DNA from: Negativicutes bacterium
GTDB lineage: Bacteria; Bacillota; Negativicutes; UBA1444
NCBI GenBank assembly: GCA_963665275.2
Contig: CAXXIN010000009.1
Coordinates: forward strand, 64,001 to 128,000
Direction of reading: 5' to 3'
Length of the DNA stretch: 64,000 nucleotides
Shown here: positions 20,312 to 31,614 of the stretch, piece after piece
Layout of the letters: every line of letters begins with the position of its first letter
Position numbering within the stretch: the first letter of the stretch is position 1
Position numbers and translations under genes: made by a program
Notes under the pieces: generated by a model
Told to the model about the DNA's origin: nothing
Seen by the model: the letters and a program-made list of their open reading frames with translations, nothing else
Databases searched by the model: none

Positions 20312-22379
20312 TCATCCGAGCGCATTCACATCAAGAATCAATACGACCTGCCCATCACCCAGGATTGTTGCGCCAGCAATCTGCCGTATTCCCGTCAACA
20401 GTTTACCCAGTGATTTGATGACAATTTCCTGTTGTCCAACCAGCGAATCGACAAGCAGACCGATCTTGTTATCCCCTGCCTGCACAATCACCACATACAA
20501 CTCTTGGCTGTCTTCAAAATCTGCCGCTTCCATAATGCCTAATTTTTTGCCGAGCCGAACCAACGGAATAATCTGACCCACGCAGTAAAATAACCTCCTG
20601 CTGCTGTATCGTCCCGGATATCCGCAGGAGTGATATTGATGGTACTGTCAATCGACCCCAGCGGAATCGCATAGGTTTCTTCATGAACCTGAATCAACAG
20701 AGCCTGAATGATAGCCAGTGTAAGTGGCAACCGAATCCGCACCCGGGTTCCTTGCCCCGGGGTGGAGTCCAGTTCGAGAGCTCCGCCCAGAGCTTCGATT
20801 TTGGTACGAACCGCGTCCATGCCTACACCGCGTCCTGAAACGTCGGTAACCGCTTCGGCCGTTGAAAATCCGGGCAAAAAAACCCAATTTCATCACATCA
20901 TTGGTATCCATAACATCCAGATCAGCCTTGGTCACCAGCCCTTTTTCCAGCGCTTTCTGCTTGATGACCCTCAGCCTTGAGACCCTTGCCATCATCAGTG
21001 ACCATCAGCAATACATTATTTCCTTCGTGTCGGGCAATCAGTCGGACTTCGCCGATTGGATTCTTGCCGGCTGCCACCCGGTCCGCCGTTTTTTCAATAC
21101 CATGGTCGATGGAGTTGCGCAGCAGGTGCACCCAGCGGATCGCCGATCTCATCGATAACCGTTCGGTCCAGTTCAGTCTCTTCCCCCTGGATAATGAGAT
21201 TGATCTCCTTGCCAAGGCTGATGCGATAAATCACGAACCATACGGGGGAAAACGGTTGAATACCTGACCTACGGGAACCATCCGCAGCTTCATCACGACT
21301 CCCTGTAGATCTGTAGTTACCCTGTCCATCTGTTCAATGGCTTCGCTCAGCTCCTGCAGCTGATTGGACAATCCGATCTGCTGACAACCGGGTTTTGTTA
21401 ATCACCAGTTCACCGACTAAATTCAACAAGGAGTCCAATTTTTCAGCATCGACCCGCCAGCAAGGCACGCCCTTTACTTTTGGCGGCGCCGGCAGCCGTG
21501 TCTGGTTTAAGAGCTTTAGCGGCTTCCTCGCCAGGGTGCGTAGCAGCAACAACGGCAGGGCCCGCGACCGGGGAGACAGGTATGCCTGCGTCAGCCGTCT
21601 GCCTCTCGACCTCTGCCGAATTACGCAAGAAGTTGCCGTGACAGTTTCAATTTCTGCGATGGATAAAACCGTTTCTCGAATTTTGTCCGCTGTATTATCC
21701 GTTACGATGAGAACGGTGGAACTCATGCCCGAAGTTATCCTTTTCCAATTCGTCCACTACCGGCTCGGTTTTAATGACATCACCCAATTCATCAAGTGCT
21801 TTCATGGCCATATACGCGCGAACGGATTTTCAACAAAGTACCCTGCCGCAAGCCAATCGTAAGCTCAAACACTTGCAATCCCTGTGAAGTAGCTGACCGG
21901 ACCAATTCAGACTCTGTGTCGTTGAGAGACATTTGTGTTGAACCTGCAGCAGTACAAACCGTCTCGGGCTTTTTAACGGCATTGACAACCTGAGGTGTTT
22001 CACCTTTTGCCAATGACGCCAGTTTGGCAGACAACGCTGAAACATCTACTCCGCCAGGTTGCCCATTGGCGACTTCTTCAACCAATTGCTCCAAACGATC
22101 AACACACTGGAATAAAGTATCAATAATATCGGCATGAGCTTTCAACGTTCCCTTGCGCAAAAGATCCAAAACGTTTTCCATTTCATGCGTCAATTCGGCA
22201 ATGGCCGTATACCCCATCGTTGCCGACATCCCCTTTGATTGTATGGGCACTGCGGAATATCTCATCCAGGATATGCAAATCGCCGGGTTCATGCTCCAAA
22301 TCCAGGACGCATCGATTCAGCGTCTGCAAGTGTTCCTTGATTCCTCCAAAAATATGCCCAGATACTGGTTGACATCCAT
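20312..22379 (-). CDS. cheA: Chemotaxis histidine kinase CheA (many frameshifts)
   Basis: MDVNQYLGIFLEES, IFRSAHTIKG, LDSLLNLVGELVI, HLLRNSIDHGIE, PGFSTA..VTDVSGRGVGMD, LPLTLAI, GATILGDG. Confidence 0.92.
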
Positions 22380-23498
22380 TTACTTGCCCCCCCTCTTCAA
22401 ACACTGCACAATTCCTTCCGCAACGCGGGGCAATGGCAGCACGATATCTACAACACCTGCTTCAATCGCTGCCTTGGGCATGCCAAAAACCACAGCTGTT
22501 GACTGATCCTCGGCAATTGTCAGCCTTTCATCCGTTTGATCGCCTGCATGCCTTTGGCTCCATCATGCCCCATTCCCGTTAGAATGACTCCAACCGTTTT
22601 GGCGCCAAAAAATTTCAGAAACGGATACCATCATCGGATCAACCGCCGGACGCAATCCGCCAATAGCAGGCTCCTTGTTCAGCTTAATGAAAGTTCCGCC
22701 GGCATCCCGCCGAAGAGTCAGGTGATAGTCGCCAGGTGCCACGAAAAACCGTCCTGCTACTAACCGGTCATTATCTTCCGCTTCCTTGACCGTCAGCTCA
22801 CACAGTGAATTCAACCGATCCGCCAGTGATTTGGTGAAGCCAGGAGGCATATGCTGAACTACGATGGATGGGCAGGCAAACTCCCTGGCAACTGAGTCAG
22901 TACTTCCTGCAAAGCCCGCGGCCCCCCGGTGGATGTCCCGATCGCCACGATCCAGTCGCTCATTCCCGGAATGTCCATCGTTTTAGCTGACACAGCCGGC
23001 TGAGGCTTAGCCACGGATATGACTGGCGCTGCCTGAATCGGAGCTGCAGGTTTGAGTGTGACCGGCCGAAATGTCGGCTTTGCTGCCGACATTAGGCGGG
23101 CCCCGCTGATTCCTTTAATCGCACGGCATTTCTGAAAGAAGTTCGCTGGCAATATCATCGATTCGCGATATCGGGCCAGCACTTTTCGCGACAAAATCCA
23201 CTGCACCCAGACTGAGAGCTTTAATCGTCGCCTCCGCACCCGATTGAGTCAAACTGCTGACCATGATCACAGGCGTCGGTTTAACCGCCATTATTTTTTC
23301 CAACGCGGAAAGACCGTCAAGCACCGGCATCTCAATATCAAGTGTCACAACATCCGGTGAAAGCAGCAAAATCTTCTCAATAGCTTCAGCTCCATTTCTG
23401 GCTACATCCACTACTTCAAAGTCACTCTCACCCTTGAATAGATCTGTTAGTACTTTCCGCATAAAAGCCGAATCGTCAACCACCAACACCCGAATCAA
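22380..23498 (-). CDS. cheB: Chemotaxis methylesterase CheB (frameshifted)
   Basis: Receiver domain VVDDSAFMR/TLDIEMP; IGTSTGGPRAL, HMPPGFT, RPAVD motifs. Confidence 0.92.
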
Positions 23499-23568
23499 AA
23501 ATATCCCCCCATACTTGGTATTCGCCTATGCGCACCTAAAACCATTTAAATGCCCTTAACTATAATTA

Positions 23569-24462
23569 TCAAAACCGCACTATCCCCTGGCGAGCAGTCG
23601 CTGAAAAAGTCCACGAATACCGCGGGGAAACAGGTAAATCCTCCCCAAAAATAAGGGAATGGGCTATTCGTTCGATACATCGCGCCGCAACGCTGTCCGG
23701 ATAGGCAATCATAAAGGGTACCTGACTGGATACGGCCTTTTGAACCATGCGATCTTCAAAGATAAAGCCCAAATGGGAAATCGGCACTCCCAGGAAGCGC
23801 TGCGAAACTTTGGAAAGCTTATTCACCACGCCTTCGCCTTCTGCCACTTCACGAACCCGGTTCACGACCAGACGGATCGGAGAGGTTCCGGCATGGGATG
23901 CATAAGTTTTGATCACCGCGTATGCATCTGTAACCGCCGTGGGCTCAGGCGTCGTTATCACAACTACTTCATCGGCCGCCATGACAAAATTCAATACCAT
24001 TCGGTTCAAACCAGCGCCCGTATCAATCAGTATAATATCGGCCCAGTTGTCAAATTGCCCCACCTGGCCTAAAAAAAACTGCAGCTGGACATCGGACAAG
24101 TTTGCCAGATCATACATGCCAGAACCACCGGAGATAAATTTAATCCCCAGAGGCCCGTCTGCGACGACGTCACTCAGGGAATATCCCTGCTGCATGACCT
24201 GCAAAAGATTGCCTGGCGGCGAGCAACCGAGAATCACATCGACATTGGATAGTCCCAGATCAGCATCAATGACGAGAATCTTCTTCCCCATTCTGGCAAA
24301 TGCAACAGCCAGCGCCACCGTAAAATTGGTTTTTCCTACGCCGCCTTTCCCGCTTGTCACCGTTAAAACACGGGCGCTTGTCTGGATCGGCTTAAGAATG
24401 GCACTGCGAGCAGACCCTGACATTTCATTCAGTTGACGTAATTTATTAGCCTGGTCGTTCAT
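23569..24462 (-). CDS. flhG: MinD/ParA-family ATPase FlhG (YlxH); probable indel near the 3' end
   Basis: TSGKGGVGKTN, IDADLGLSN, IDTGAG, TTPEPTAVTDAYA; an alternative frame gives PRGIRGLFQRLL with stop near 23580. Confidence 0.93.
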   Translation of the reverse strand: MNDQANKLRQLNEMSGSARSAILKPIQTSARVLTVTSGKGGVGKTNFTVALAVAFARMGKKILVIDADLGLSNVDVILGCSPPGNLLQVMQQGYSLSDVVADGPLGIKFISGGSGMYDLANLSDVQLQFFLGQVGQFDNWADIILIDTGAGLNRMVLNFVMAADEVVVITTPEPTAVTDAYAVIKTYASHAGTSPIRLVVNRVREVAEGEGVVNKLSKVSQRFLGVPISHLGFIFEDRMVQKAVSSQVPFMIAYPDSVAARCIERIAHSLIFGEDLPVSPRYSWTFSATARQGIVRF

Positions 24463-25577
24463 TTTACGCCTCTCAACATTAAATTAGTCAACCGTTCGGG
24501 TTCAGCCAACTCAATATCATCGGGAACATTTTGTCCAGTTGTGATATAGGATAAAGGTTTGGGTTCATGATAAAGGAGGCTGAAAACCGTTCCCAAATTA
24601 CAGGCCTCGTCAATCTTGGTAAATAAATATTTTTGCGGATTCGAGTTCTGAAAGCGTTGCACAGCATCCAGACATTCGGTAAATTTCGTCGTTGCACTCA
24701 ATACAAGATGTTTCTCAATATTTGTATCCACGGCCATCAAAGCTTCCAACTCCACCATCTGCGGCTGATTCGCCGGGCTCCTTCCCGCCGTGTCTATGAG
24801 TACCAATTGTTTGTCCTGATGACGATACAGAGCATTGCTCAACTCTTGAGGCGTGTAAACGACTTCGATGGGGATTCCTATCAGGTCGGCATAAGTTTTC
24901 AATTGTTCCACCGCTGCGATTCGATAGGTATCCGCCGTGATCAGGGCAACGCGATATTTTTCCCGCAACGCGAAATTCGCCGCCAGCTTCGCAACAGTTG
25001 TCGTTTTTCCTACCCCGGTCGGCCCCACCAAAGATACCACTTTGCAATATCCCTGCCGAACAACGATTCCCTCAGCCGTTTGAAAAAAAGGTGCGATGCG
25101 TTCGCGCAATCGAGGATAAATAGTATTCACGTTGTTGGACGCCATTCCCTGAAACAAAGCATCTGCCGCTGCTGACTCAATATCATTCTTCCGCGCCCAT
25201 TCCAGTAAAGGATTGGGTTTCTTTTCAGGAACTGGCGCCACCACATTTTGGGCGGAAACGTTTTGTATCGAAGCCATAGCCGTTTCAAGCGTTTTTCTCA
25301 TGCTGGCCAATTCCAGATGGACAGCCAGAATCTTTGCATTTTCCGTTTCTTCTTTTATAATAGCTTTTTCACGAACCGGCGCCAAGGGCTTGGGCTGCGG
25401 GTTCGATGTCGGATCAATCGCGGCTGTGACTTCAACAATCTCCGTCGCCAACATGCCCAAAAAGCCGCCCTGACGTAGCCGACGGGTTTGCACGATCACC
25501 GCATCACGCCCCATATCCGCTTTCACTTCGGCCAAGGCTTCCGCCAACGTAGGCGCCCTATAAGTCTTGACTCTCAA
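24459..25577 (-). CDS. flhF: Flagellar SRP-family GTPase FlhF
   Basis: GPTGVGKTTTVAKLAA, DTYRIAAVEQL, DTAGRS, TKIDE, TGQNVPDDI. Confidence 0.96.
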   Translation of the reverse strand: MRVKTYRAPTLAEALAEVKADMGRDAVIVQTRRLRQGGFLGMLATEIVEVTAAIDPTSNPQPKPLAPVREKAIIKEETENAKILAVHLELASMRKTLETAMASIQNVSAQNVVAPVPEKKPNPLLEWARKNDIESAAADALFQGMASNNVNTIYPRLRERIAPFFQTAEGIVVRQGYCKVVSLVGPTGVGKTTTVAKLAANFALREKYRVALITADTYRIAAVEQLKTYADLIGIPIEVVYTPQELSNALYRHQDKQLVLIDTAGRSPANQPQMVELEALMAVDTNIEKHLVLSATTKFTECLDAVQRFQNSNPQKYLFTKIDEACNLGTVFSLLYHEPKPLSYITTGQNVPDDIELAEPERLTNLMLRGVK

Positions 25578-27641
25578 TTAGATTTTCACCATCCCCAAAG
25601 ATTGAATTTCAATTTGATTCTCCAACTCGGCAAAAGACAGGATAACCAAGTTGGGAGCGATACGCTCGGTGATTTTGCGAACATATAATCGGGAGGCAGG
25701 GCTTGTAAGCAGTATTGGATGATAACCGGCCGAGGTGAGCTTCTGCAGTTCTTTCGACAGACTGGCTATCAATTGCTGCATAGATCCAGGATCCAAGCTA
25801 ACAAAACTTCCCCGATCTGAATGTTGAACGGAAGCCACGATCTGATTTTCAGTCTGAGGATCCAGTGTCAGACAGGTAATTGTATTGTTTTGAATATATT
25901 GGCGCGTAATATTACGGGAAAGCGCCCGTCGAACATATTCAGCCAGAATCTCAGGATCTTTGGTAAAAGTTGCAGAATCAGCCAATGTTTCCATGATCGT
26001 TACCAAGTCTCTGACAGGAACTCGCTCCCGTAGCAAACAGACAAGAACTTTCTGTATTTCACCCAAAGACATCATCGCCGGTACCAGCTCGGAAACTACA
26101 GCAGGATGATCTTGCTTGACTGAATCGACTAGTGTTTGTACATCTTGGCGCCCAAGAAGCTCGTCAGAATGGCCCTTCACTACTTCTGTCAAGTGAGTTG
26201 CCAGTACGGAAATCGGATCAACCACGGTATAACCTGATAGTTCGGCCCGTTCTCGATAAGCTTCATTGATCCAGATGGCAGGCAGGCCAAAGGCAGGTTC
26301 GATAGTTTCTTCGCCTGGAATGGTGTCGGAAACTGTGCCTGGATTCATTGCCAAAAAGTGATCAAGTAATAATTCGCCCTTGGCAACCTCAATTCCCTTT
26401 ATTTTAATCACATATGCGCTCGGTTTTAATTGAATATTATCGCGGATGCGTATTGTTGGCACCACGATTCCCATTTCCAGCGCACACTGCCGGCGGATCA
26501 TGACCACGCGGTCCAATAAATTTCCACCTTGCGCCACATCAACAAGGGGAATCAGACTATATCCGATTTCCAGTTCAATCGGATCAACCTGTAGCAACGA
26601 CACGATACTTTCCGGTTTGCGGACTTCTTCCCGTTCCTTTTCCTCTAGCTTGCTGACTTCCGTTTCAGCTGCAGTTTTGGCCGTTTTTTGCAGAATATAG
26701 CCCACGCCGGCAATTATAATCGCGATGGAAACAAAGGGAATTCCCGGAAGGCCAGGCACAGCAGCCAACAGAGTAAGCACCGCCGCCACCAAAAAAAACA
26801 CACGGGGGTAAGCCAACAGTTGTGCGGCGATATCATGACCTAAATTGTTCTCGGAAGCTGCCCGCGTCACCACCAAGCCGGTTGCCGTCGAAATGAGCAG
26901 GGCAGGAATCTGATTGACGAGACCCTCCCCCACGGTTAATAATGTATAGGTTTGCAGCGCCTGCAACACGGACATATCCCGTTGGACCATACCAATAATA
27001 AACCCACCCAAAATATTGACGACAATAATAACAATGGCCGCGATCGCGTCCCCTTTAACGAACTTGCTCGCGCCGTCCATAGCTCCGTAAAAATCAGCTT
27101 CCCGCTGAATGTTGCGGCGGCGCGTTCGAGCTTCTGTATCGTTGATTAAGCCCGCGTTAAGGTCAGCATCAATCGCCATCTGTTTTCCGGGCATGGCATC
27201 GAGTGTGAACCGGGCCGCGACTTCCGCCACGCGCTCTGCGCCCCGCGTAATGACGATAAACTGAATGAGAATGAGAATGATAAACACGATGAAACCTACT
27301 ACTGCATTACCGCCGACGACGAAAGTTCCGAAAGCCATGATTACCTCTCCTGCATACCCATACAGCAGGATCAGACGAGTTGAAGAAACATTCAGCGCCA
27401 GTCGGAACAAGGTCGTGACCAGTAACAGCGAAGGAAAAACCGAAAATTGCAACGGTTCCACATTATAGATGGAAATCATTACAATCGTCAATGACAAAGT
27501 TATATTGAGCGCCAACAATAAATCCAGCAAAAACGGTGGCAAGGGAATAATCATCATGATGACGATAGTAACCACGCCTAGTGCCAGAATGACATCGCTG
27601 AACTGATTCAATTTACTGATGATCAAGTTTTTTTCAGTCAT
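25578..27641 (-). CDS. flhA: Flagellar export gate protein FlhA
   Basis: RVAEVAARFTLDAMPGKQMAIDADL, FYGAMDGASKFVKGDAIA. Confidence 0.98.
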   Translation of the reverse strand: MTEKNLIISKLNQFSDVILALGVVTIVIMMIIPLPPFLLDLLLALNITLSLTIVMISIYNVEPLQFSVFPSLLLVTTLFRLALNVSSTRLILLYGYAGEVIMAFGTFVVGGNAVVGFIVFIILILIQFIVITRGAERVAEVAARFTLDAMPGKQMAIDADLNAGLINDTEARTRRRNIQREADFYGAMDGASKFVKGDAIAAIVIIVVNILGGFIIGMVQRDMSVLQALQTYTLLTVGEGLVNQIPALLISTATGLVVTRAASENNLGHDIAAQLLAYPRVFFLVAAVLTLLAAVPGLPGIPFVSIAIIIAGVGYILQKTAKTAAETEVSKLEEKEREEVRKPESIVSLLQVDPIELEIGYSLIPLVDVAQGGNLLDRVVMIRRQCALEMGIVVPTIRIRDNIQLKPSAYVIKIKGIEVAKGELLLDHFLAMNPGTVSDTIPGEETIEPAFGLPAIWINEAYRERAELSGYTVVDPISVLATHLTEVVKGHSDELLGRQDVQTLVDSVKQDHPAVVSELVPAMMSLGEIQKVLVCLLRERVPVRDLVTIMETLADSATFTKDPEILAEYVRRALSRNITRQYIQNNTITCLTLDPQTENQIVASVQHSDRGSFVSLDPGSMQQLIASLSKELQKLTSAGYHPILLTSPASRLYVRKITERIAPNLVILSFAELENQIEIQSLGMVKI

Positions 27642-27661
27642 GCATTATCTCCAACCCATAA

Positions 27662-28807
27662 TCAAGAATACTTTCGTTTCAAACGATACACATAAGCCAA
27701 CACTTCCGCAACAGCCTTGTATAGGTCTGGGGGAACGAAGTCACCAACTTCTGCATGCTTGAACAATGCTTGCGCCAACGGTTTATTTTCAACGATAACC
27801 ACATCATTTTCTTTGGCTATTTCTCTGATCCTTAGCGCGATAAAATCAGAACCCTTGGCAATCACGGTGGGTGCATCCATGCCTGATTCATACTTCAAAG
27901 CAACGGCAAAATGGGTTGGATTCGTTACGATTACATCGGCTTTGGGAACTTCGGACATCATACGCCGCATCGCCATCGCGCGCTGCTTTTCACGGATTTT
28001 TCCTTTGATCTGGGGATTCCCCTCTGTCTGTTTCATTTCTTCTTTTACTTCTTGTTTACTCATCTTGAGGTTTTGCATATGTTCCCACCACTGGTACCCG
28101 TAATCAAGAATCGCCAAAACCAGTATGACCATTGCGATTTGAAAGGCCAGGTCGTAGATGATGGCAGAAAGAACGGCAAACGACTCTGCAAGTTCGGACA
28201 TCATCAGTGCAGGAATCCGAACAGTTTCCTGTCGTATGAAACGATATATGAAATAGCCCACTACCGTAATTTTCACAAGCGACTTCACAAGTTCAACCAG
28301 GGAACGCTTCGAAAAAATACGGCCAAAACCGGCAATAGGATTAATCCGGCTGAACTGAGGCATAATCGTATCAGGCGTAAAAGCAAAACCAACTTGCATA
28401 AAGGATACGACGACCGACACTACAAGCACGGACACCATAATCGGCAAAATCGCTTCCAGAAAAACCATGCCAGCATTCATAATCACAACGTGAATCGACT
28501 GGATGGTAAAATCGCCGCGAACGTCCAATCCTCCAAAAATAAACCGCATGTAGCCGGTAAGTTTCTCATAAATATAAGGGCTGGCAGTCTTCAATGCGAC
28601 AAATGCCGCCAAAATAACAAATACCGAACTAAGTTCGGCGCTTTTTGCGACCTGCCCCTTTTTTCGACTTTCATCCTGCTTGCGTTGCGTCGGCTCTTCG
28701 GTTTTCTCCGAGGAATCAAAGCGCTGCAGATCAAAGACAAATTGTTTGACAGCGTTATGGTGCGAGGATTTCCAATATACGGGAAAAATCCCGATAAACG
28801 CCTTCAA
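27662..28807 (-). CDS. flhB: Flagellar export switch protein FlhB
   Basis: EKTEEPT, NPTH autocleavage motif; TTG start at 28807 behind GGAGG inside fliR. Confidence 0.96.
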   Translation of the reverse strand: MKAFIGIFPVYWKSSHHNAVKQFVFDLQRFDSSEKTEEPTQRKQDESRKKGQVAKSAELSSVFVILAAFVALKTASPYIYEKLTGYMRFIFGGLDVRGDFTIQSIHVVIMNAGMVFLEAILPIMVSVLVVSVVVSFMQVGFAFTPDTIMPQFSRINPIAGFGRIFSKRSLVELVKSLVKITVVGYFIYRFIRQETVRIPALMMSELAESFAVLSAIIYDLAFQIAMVILVLAILDYGYQWWEHMQNLKMSKQEVKEEMKQTEGNPQIKGKIREKQRAMAMRRMMSEVPKADVIVTNPTHFAVALKYESGMDAPTVIAKGSDFIALRIREIAKENDVVIVENKPLAQALFKHAEVGDFVPPDLYKAVAEVLAYVYRLKRKYS

Positions 28808-29537
28808 ATCCAACCTCCAAAAATGATACATAAAAGGGCAAGATCAAAAACAACATGAACAATCCGACTAGAAGCTTGCCAGTGATGCCGACGACAAACA
28901 CATTCATTTGCGGCATAATCCGGGCCAGAATACCTAGAGCAACGTCGGTCATCAGAACGGTTCCCATTACAGGCAAAGATATTTTAAGCGCCATAACAAA
29001 CATGTTTGCTACGGCATTTATCATAAACTCGGCGGCATTATCCAACTGGATTAGCACACCCAACGGAACGGCCCGAAAATTTTCGGCCATTGCCGAAATA
29101 ATCATATGATGTCCCTGTAATGCAAGAAAAACGGACATGGCCATCAGAAACTTGAAATTGCCGACTAACGGCACCTGTTGGCCGAACTGCGGATCGAAAA
29201 CATTCACCATCCCGAATCCAATTTGCATATCAATCAGTTGGCCCGCCATCTGTACAGACTGCATAAACAGTGATGCGACAAAACCAGCGGACAGTCCGTA
29301 AATCACTTCAATCATCAACCACCATGCCAATAGGGTCAACGACGTTGGTTGACGGTTTTCCGCCAGGGTCGACATCGGCAGCATGAATAGTGAAAGAAGA
29401 ACGGCCAAGCCCACCCGCGCAAAAACAGGAATCGCCTTACTGCCAAAAACCGGCGCACTAGTCAGAGTGCCGGTAATACGGGCAAATATCAGTAAAAACT
29501 GAATGAATTGATTGGTGAGATCAGCCGGGAATTCCAC
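28755..29537 (-). CDS. fliR: Flagellar export protein FliR
   Basis: Hydrophobic; AGQLIDMQIGF, GILARIMPQMNVF. Confidence 0.96.
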   Translation of the reverse strand: MEFPADLTNQFIQFLLIFARITGTLTSAPVFGSKAIPVFARVGLAVLLSLFMLPMSTLAENRQPTSLTLLAWWLMIEVIYGLSAGFVASLFMQSVQMAGQLIDMQIGFGMVNVFDPQFGQQVPLVGNFKFLMAMSVFLALQGHHMIISAMAENFRAVPLGVLIQLDNAAEFMINAVANMFVMALKISLPVMGTVLMTDVALGILARIMPQMNVFVVGITGKLLVGLFMLFLILPFYVSFLEVGFEGVYRDFSRILEILAP

Positions 29538-29539
29538 AG

Positions 29540-29809
29540 CTAACGAATTACCATGTCAAATGATGTGAAGATTTCGCGCGTATAATCAACCAACGTTGCC
29601 AGAATCCATGGACCAAATAAGAGAATCGCCACAAATGTGGCGATAATTTTGGGCACAAAGACCAGTGTTTGTTCCTGGATTTGCGTCGTTGCCTGAAAAA
29701 TACTGACCACGACCCCAACGATCAGTCCCAGCCCCAGCATGGGCGCTGCTACCAACATCACGACATAAAGAGCTTCCCTTCCGATCTGGACGGCAATATC
29801 CTGCGTCAT
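29540..29809 (-). CDS. fliQ: Flagellar export protein FliQ
   Basis: SIFQATTQIQEQTLVFVPK. Confidence 0.97.
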   Translation of the reverse strand: MTQDIAVQIGREALYVVMLVAAPMLGLGLIVGVVVSIFQATTQIQEQTLVFVPKIIATFVAILLFGPWILATLVDYTREIFTSFDMVIR

Positions 29810-29833
29810 GCTTCTGTTGCGCCTCCTAAAGCT

Positions 29834-30616
29834 TCAGTTAAAAGTCAACAATAAAGATCGAACAATCAGATGCCATCCGTCCACCAAAATGAACAGCAGA
29901 ACCTTAAAAGGCAGGGAAATCATCACCGGCGGCACCATCATCATGCCCATCGACATCAGGGTGCTGGCAACCACCATATCCACAACAATAAAGGGAATAT
30001 AGATAAGAAATCCAATTTGAAACGCAGTTTTCAATTCGCTGATCATGAAAGCTGGAATCAGAACTGTCGTTGGGACATCATTTTGCGTTTCCGGTCGCGG
30101 CCCATCAGTTAGGTTGATAAAAAGAGCGATGTCGTTTTCCCTTACCTGTTTAAACATAAACTCGCGCAATGGTTTCAATGCTTCCGTTGTAGCGTTTTCC
30201 TGCGACAAGCTCCCTGCGAGGAAAGGTTGCCATGCATTTTTATTGATTTGCTCCAAATAAGGCGACATCGTAAAAAATGTCAAAAACAACGCCAAGCCCA
30301 CAATAACTTGGTTGGGAGGCATCTGTTGCGTTGCCAGTGCACTGCGCAAAAACGATAAAACGACAATGATGCGAGTAAACGCCGTCATCATGATGAGTAT
30401 TGACGGCGCCAGGGAAAGAACCGTCAGCATCATGAGTATCTGAAGACTCATGGCCACATCCTGCGGCTTACTGGCCGGTTCAATGCCAATATTCATATTC
30501 GGTATCGGAATAAAGGGTGCTGCCTCCGTAATCGATGAAAAACAAACGAGCCACAAAAAACCAAATAGCAACAATAGGCGTTTGATGGATATATCGCCCT
30601 GCAAAACTGTATGCAT
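29834..30616 (-). CDS. fliP: Flagellar export protein FliP (start uncertain)
   Basis: FTRIIVVLSFLR, PPNQV, PAFMISELKTAFQIGF, MMMVPP..ISLPFK...VDGW. Confidence 0.96.
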   Translation of the reverse strand: MHTVLQGDISIKRLLLLFGFLWLVCFSSITEAAPFIPIPNMNIGIEPASKPQDVAMSLQILMMLTVLSLAPSILIMMTAFTRIIVVLSFLRSALATQQMPPNQVIVGLALFLTFFTMSPYLEQINKNAWQPFLAGSLSQENATTEALKPLREFMFKQVRENDIALFINLTDGPRPETQNDVPTTVLIPAFMISELKTAFQIGFLIYIPFIVVDMVVASTLMSMGMMMVPPVMISLPFKVLLFILVDGWHLIVRSLLLTFN

Positions 30617-30629
30617 CGACAACCGGACC

Positions 30630-31208
30630 CTACCTCTTCTCTTGGTCATCATTCTTTTGTGAGCCAGCCGGCGGAGAAAACATACCCGGGAACCTGTCCC
30701 TGATTTGTTTCAAGGCGGATATCTGGCTTCCCAACGCCTCTTCAAACGAGGGACGAGCGATTTTGGTAGAACTGCGGATTGCAGCGATTTGCTCCGCAGA
30801 GTCAATCTCAAACAATAATTGGATCGAGTGCTCAGTTGCGCCAACAACAAAGAACCGTCCCGCCATCTCCACCAGATGAATATTGCGATTCGGTCCCAAT
30901 GCAAGAGTTGTATGTATCGCCGCTCCGGCGCTCTGGCCCATGGCCCCCATCTTAACTGCTAGGAAGCGCGATGTAAGATAAGCGAGAAAAATAACCCCGA
31001 TGAATAAGACGATAAGGGATAGAACATATGCGACAGTACCCCAGCTGGAAGCTGCTGTTTTTGCCGCCGGATCCTGGTATTGCAGGTATCCAGGCGCTAC
31101 TGGGGCAACGGGTGTTTCTGCCGCAAACAGAATTCCGGGAAGACCACAGACCATGACAAAAACAAGGCCCGCAACGATCCGCAGACGGAGGCTCAACCCC
31201 AGAACCAT
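30630..31208 (-). CDS. fliO: Flagellar protein FliO/FliZ
   Basis: Signal-like N-terminus, TM helix, LGPNRNIHLVEMAGRFFVVGAT; between cheY and fliP. Confidence 0.85.
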   Translation of the reverse strand: MVLGLSLRLRIVAGLVFVMVCGLPGILFAAETPVAPVAPGYLQYQDPAAKTAASSWGTVAYVLSLIVLFIGVIFLAYLTSRFLAVKMGAMGQSAGAAIHTTLALGPNRNIHLVEMAGRFFVVGATEHSIQLLFEIDSAEQIAAIRSSTKIARPSFEEALGSQISALKQIRDRFPGMFSPPAGSQKNDDQEKR

Positions 31209-31571
31209 CTATCCAACGGCCTTGCGTATAGCTTCCAGAACCCGGTCGGGTTGGAATGGCTTGACGATGAAATCACGCGCTCCGGATTGAATTGATTCAA
31301 TGACCATCGCCTGTTGTCCCATTGCGCTGCACATTATGATTTTGGCCTGCGGGTCGAACTTCCTGATTTCTTTTACCGCACTGATGCCATCCATCTCCGG
31401 CATGGTAATGTCCATCGTCGTCAGGTCGGGTTTTAACTCCTTGTACTTTTCTACCGCCTGCAACCCGTTGGCGCCTTCCCCAACGACTTCGAATCCGTTC
31501 TTGGAAAGAATATCTTTGATCATCATTCGCATAAACGCTGCGTCATCGACTACCAGAACTCGCAAACCCAT
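31209..31571 (-). CDS. cheY: Chemotaxis response regulator CheY
   Basis: VDDAAFMRMMIKDIL, MDITMPEMDG, CSAMGQQ, FIVKPF. Confidence 0.97.
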   Translation of the reverse strand: MGLRVLVVDDAAFMRMMIKDILSKNGFEVVGEGANGLQAVEKYKELKPDLTTMDITMPEMDGISAVKEIRKFDPQAKIIMCSAMGQQAMVIESIQSGARDFIVKPFQPDRVLEAIRKAVG

Positions 31572-31614
31572 CAGAAATCCCCTTCCTTATGTCATCCATA
31601 ATTTCTCTACCCTA

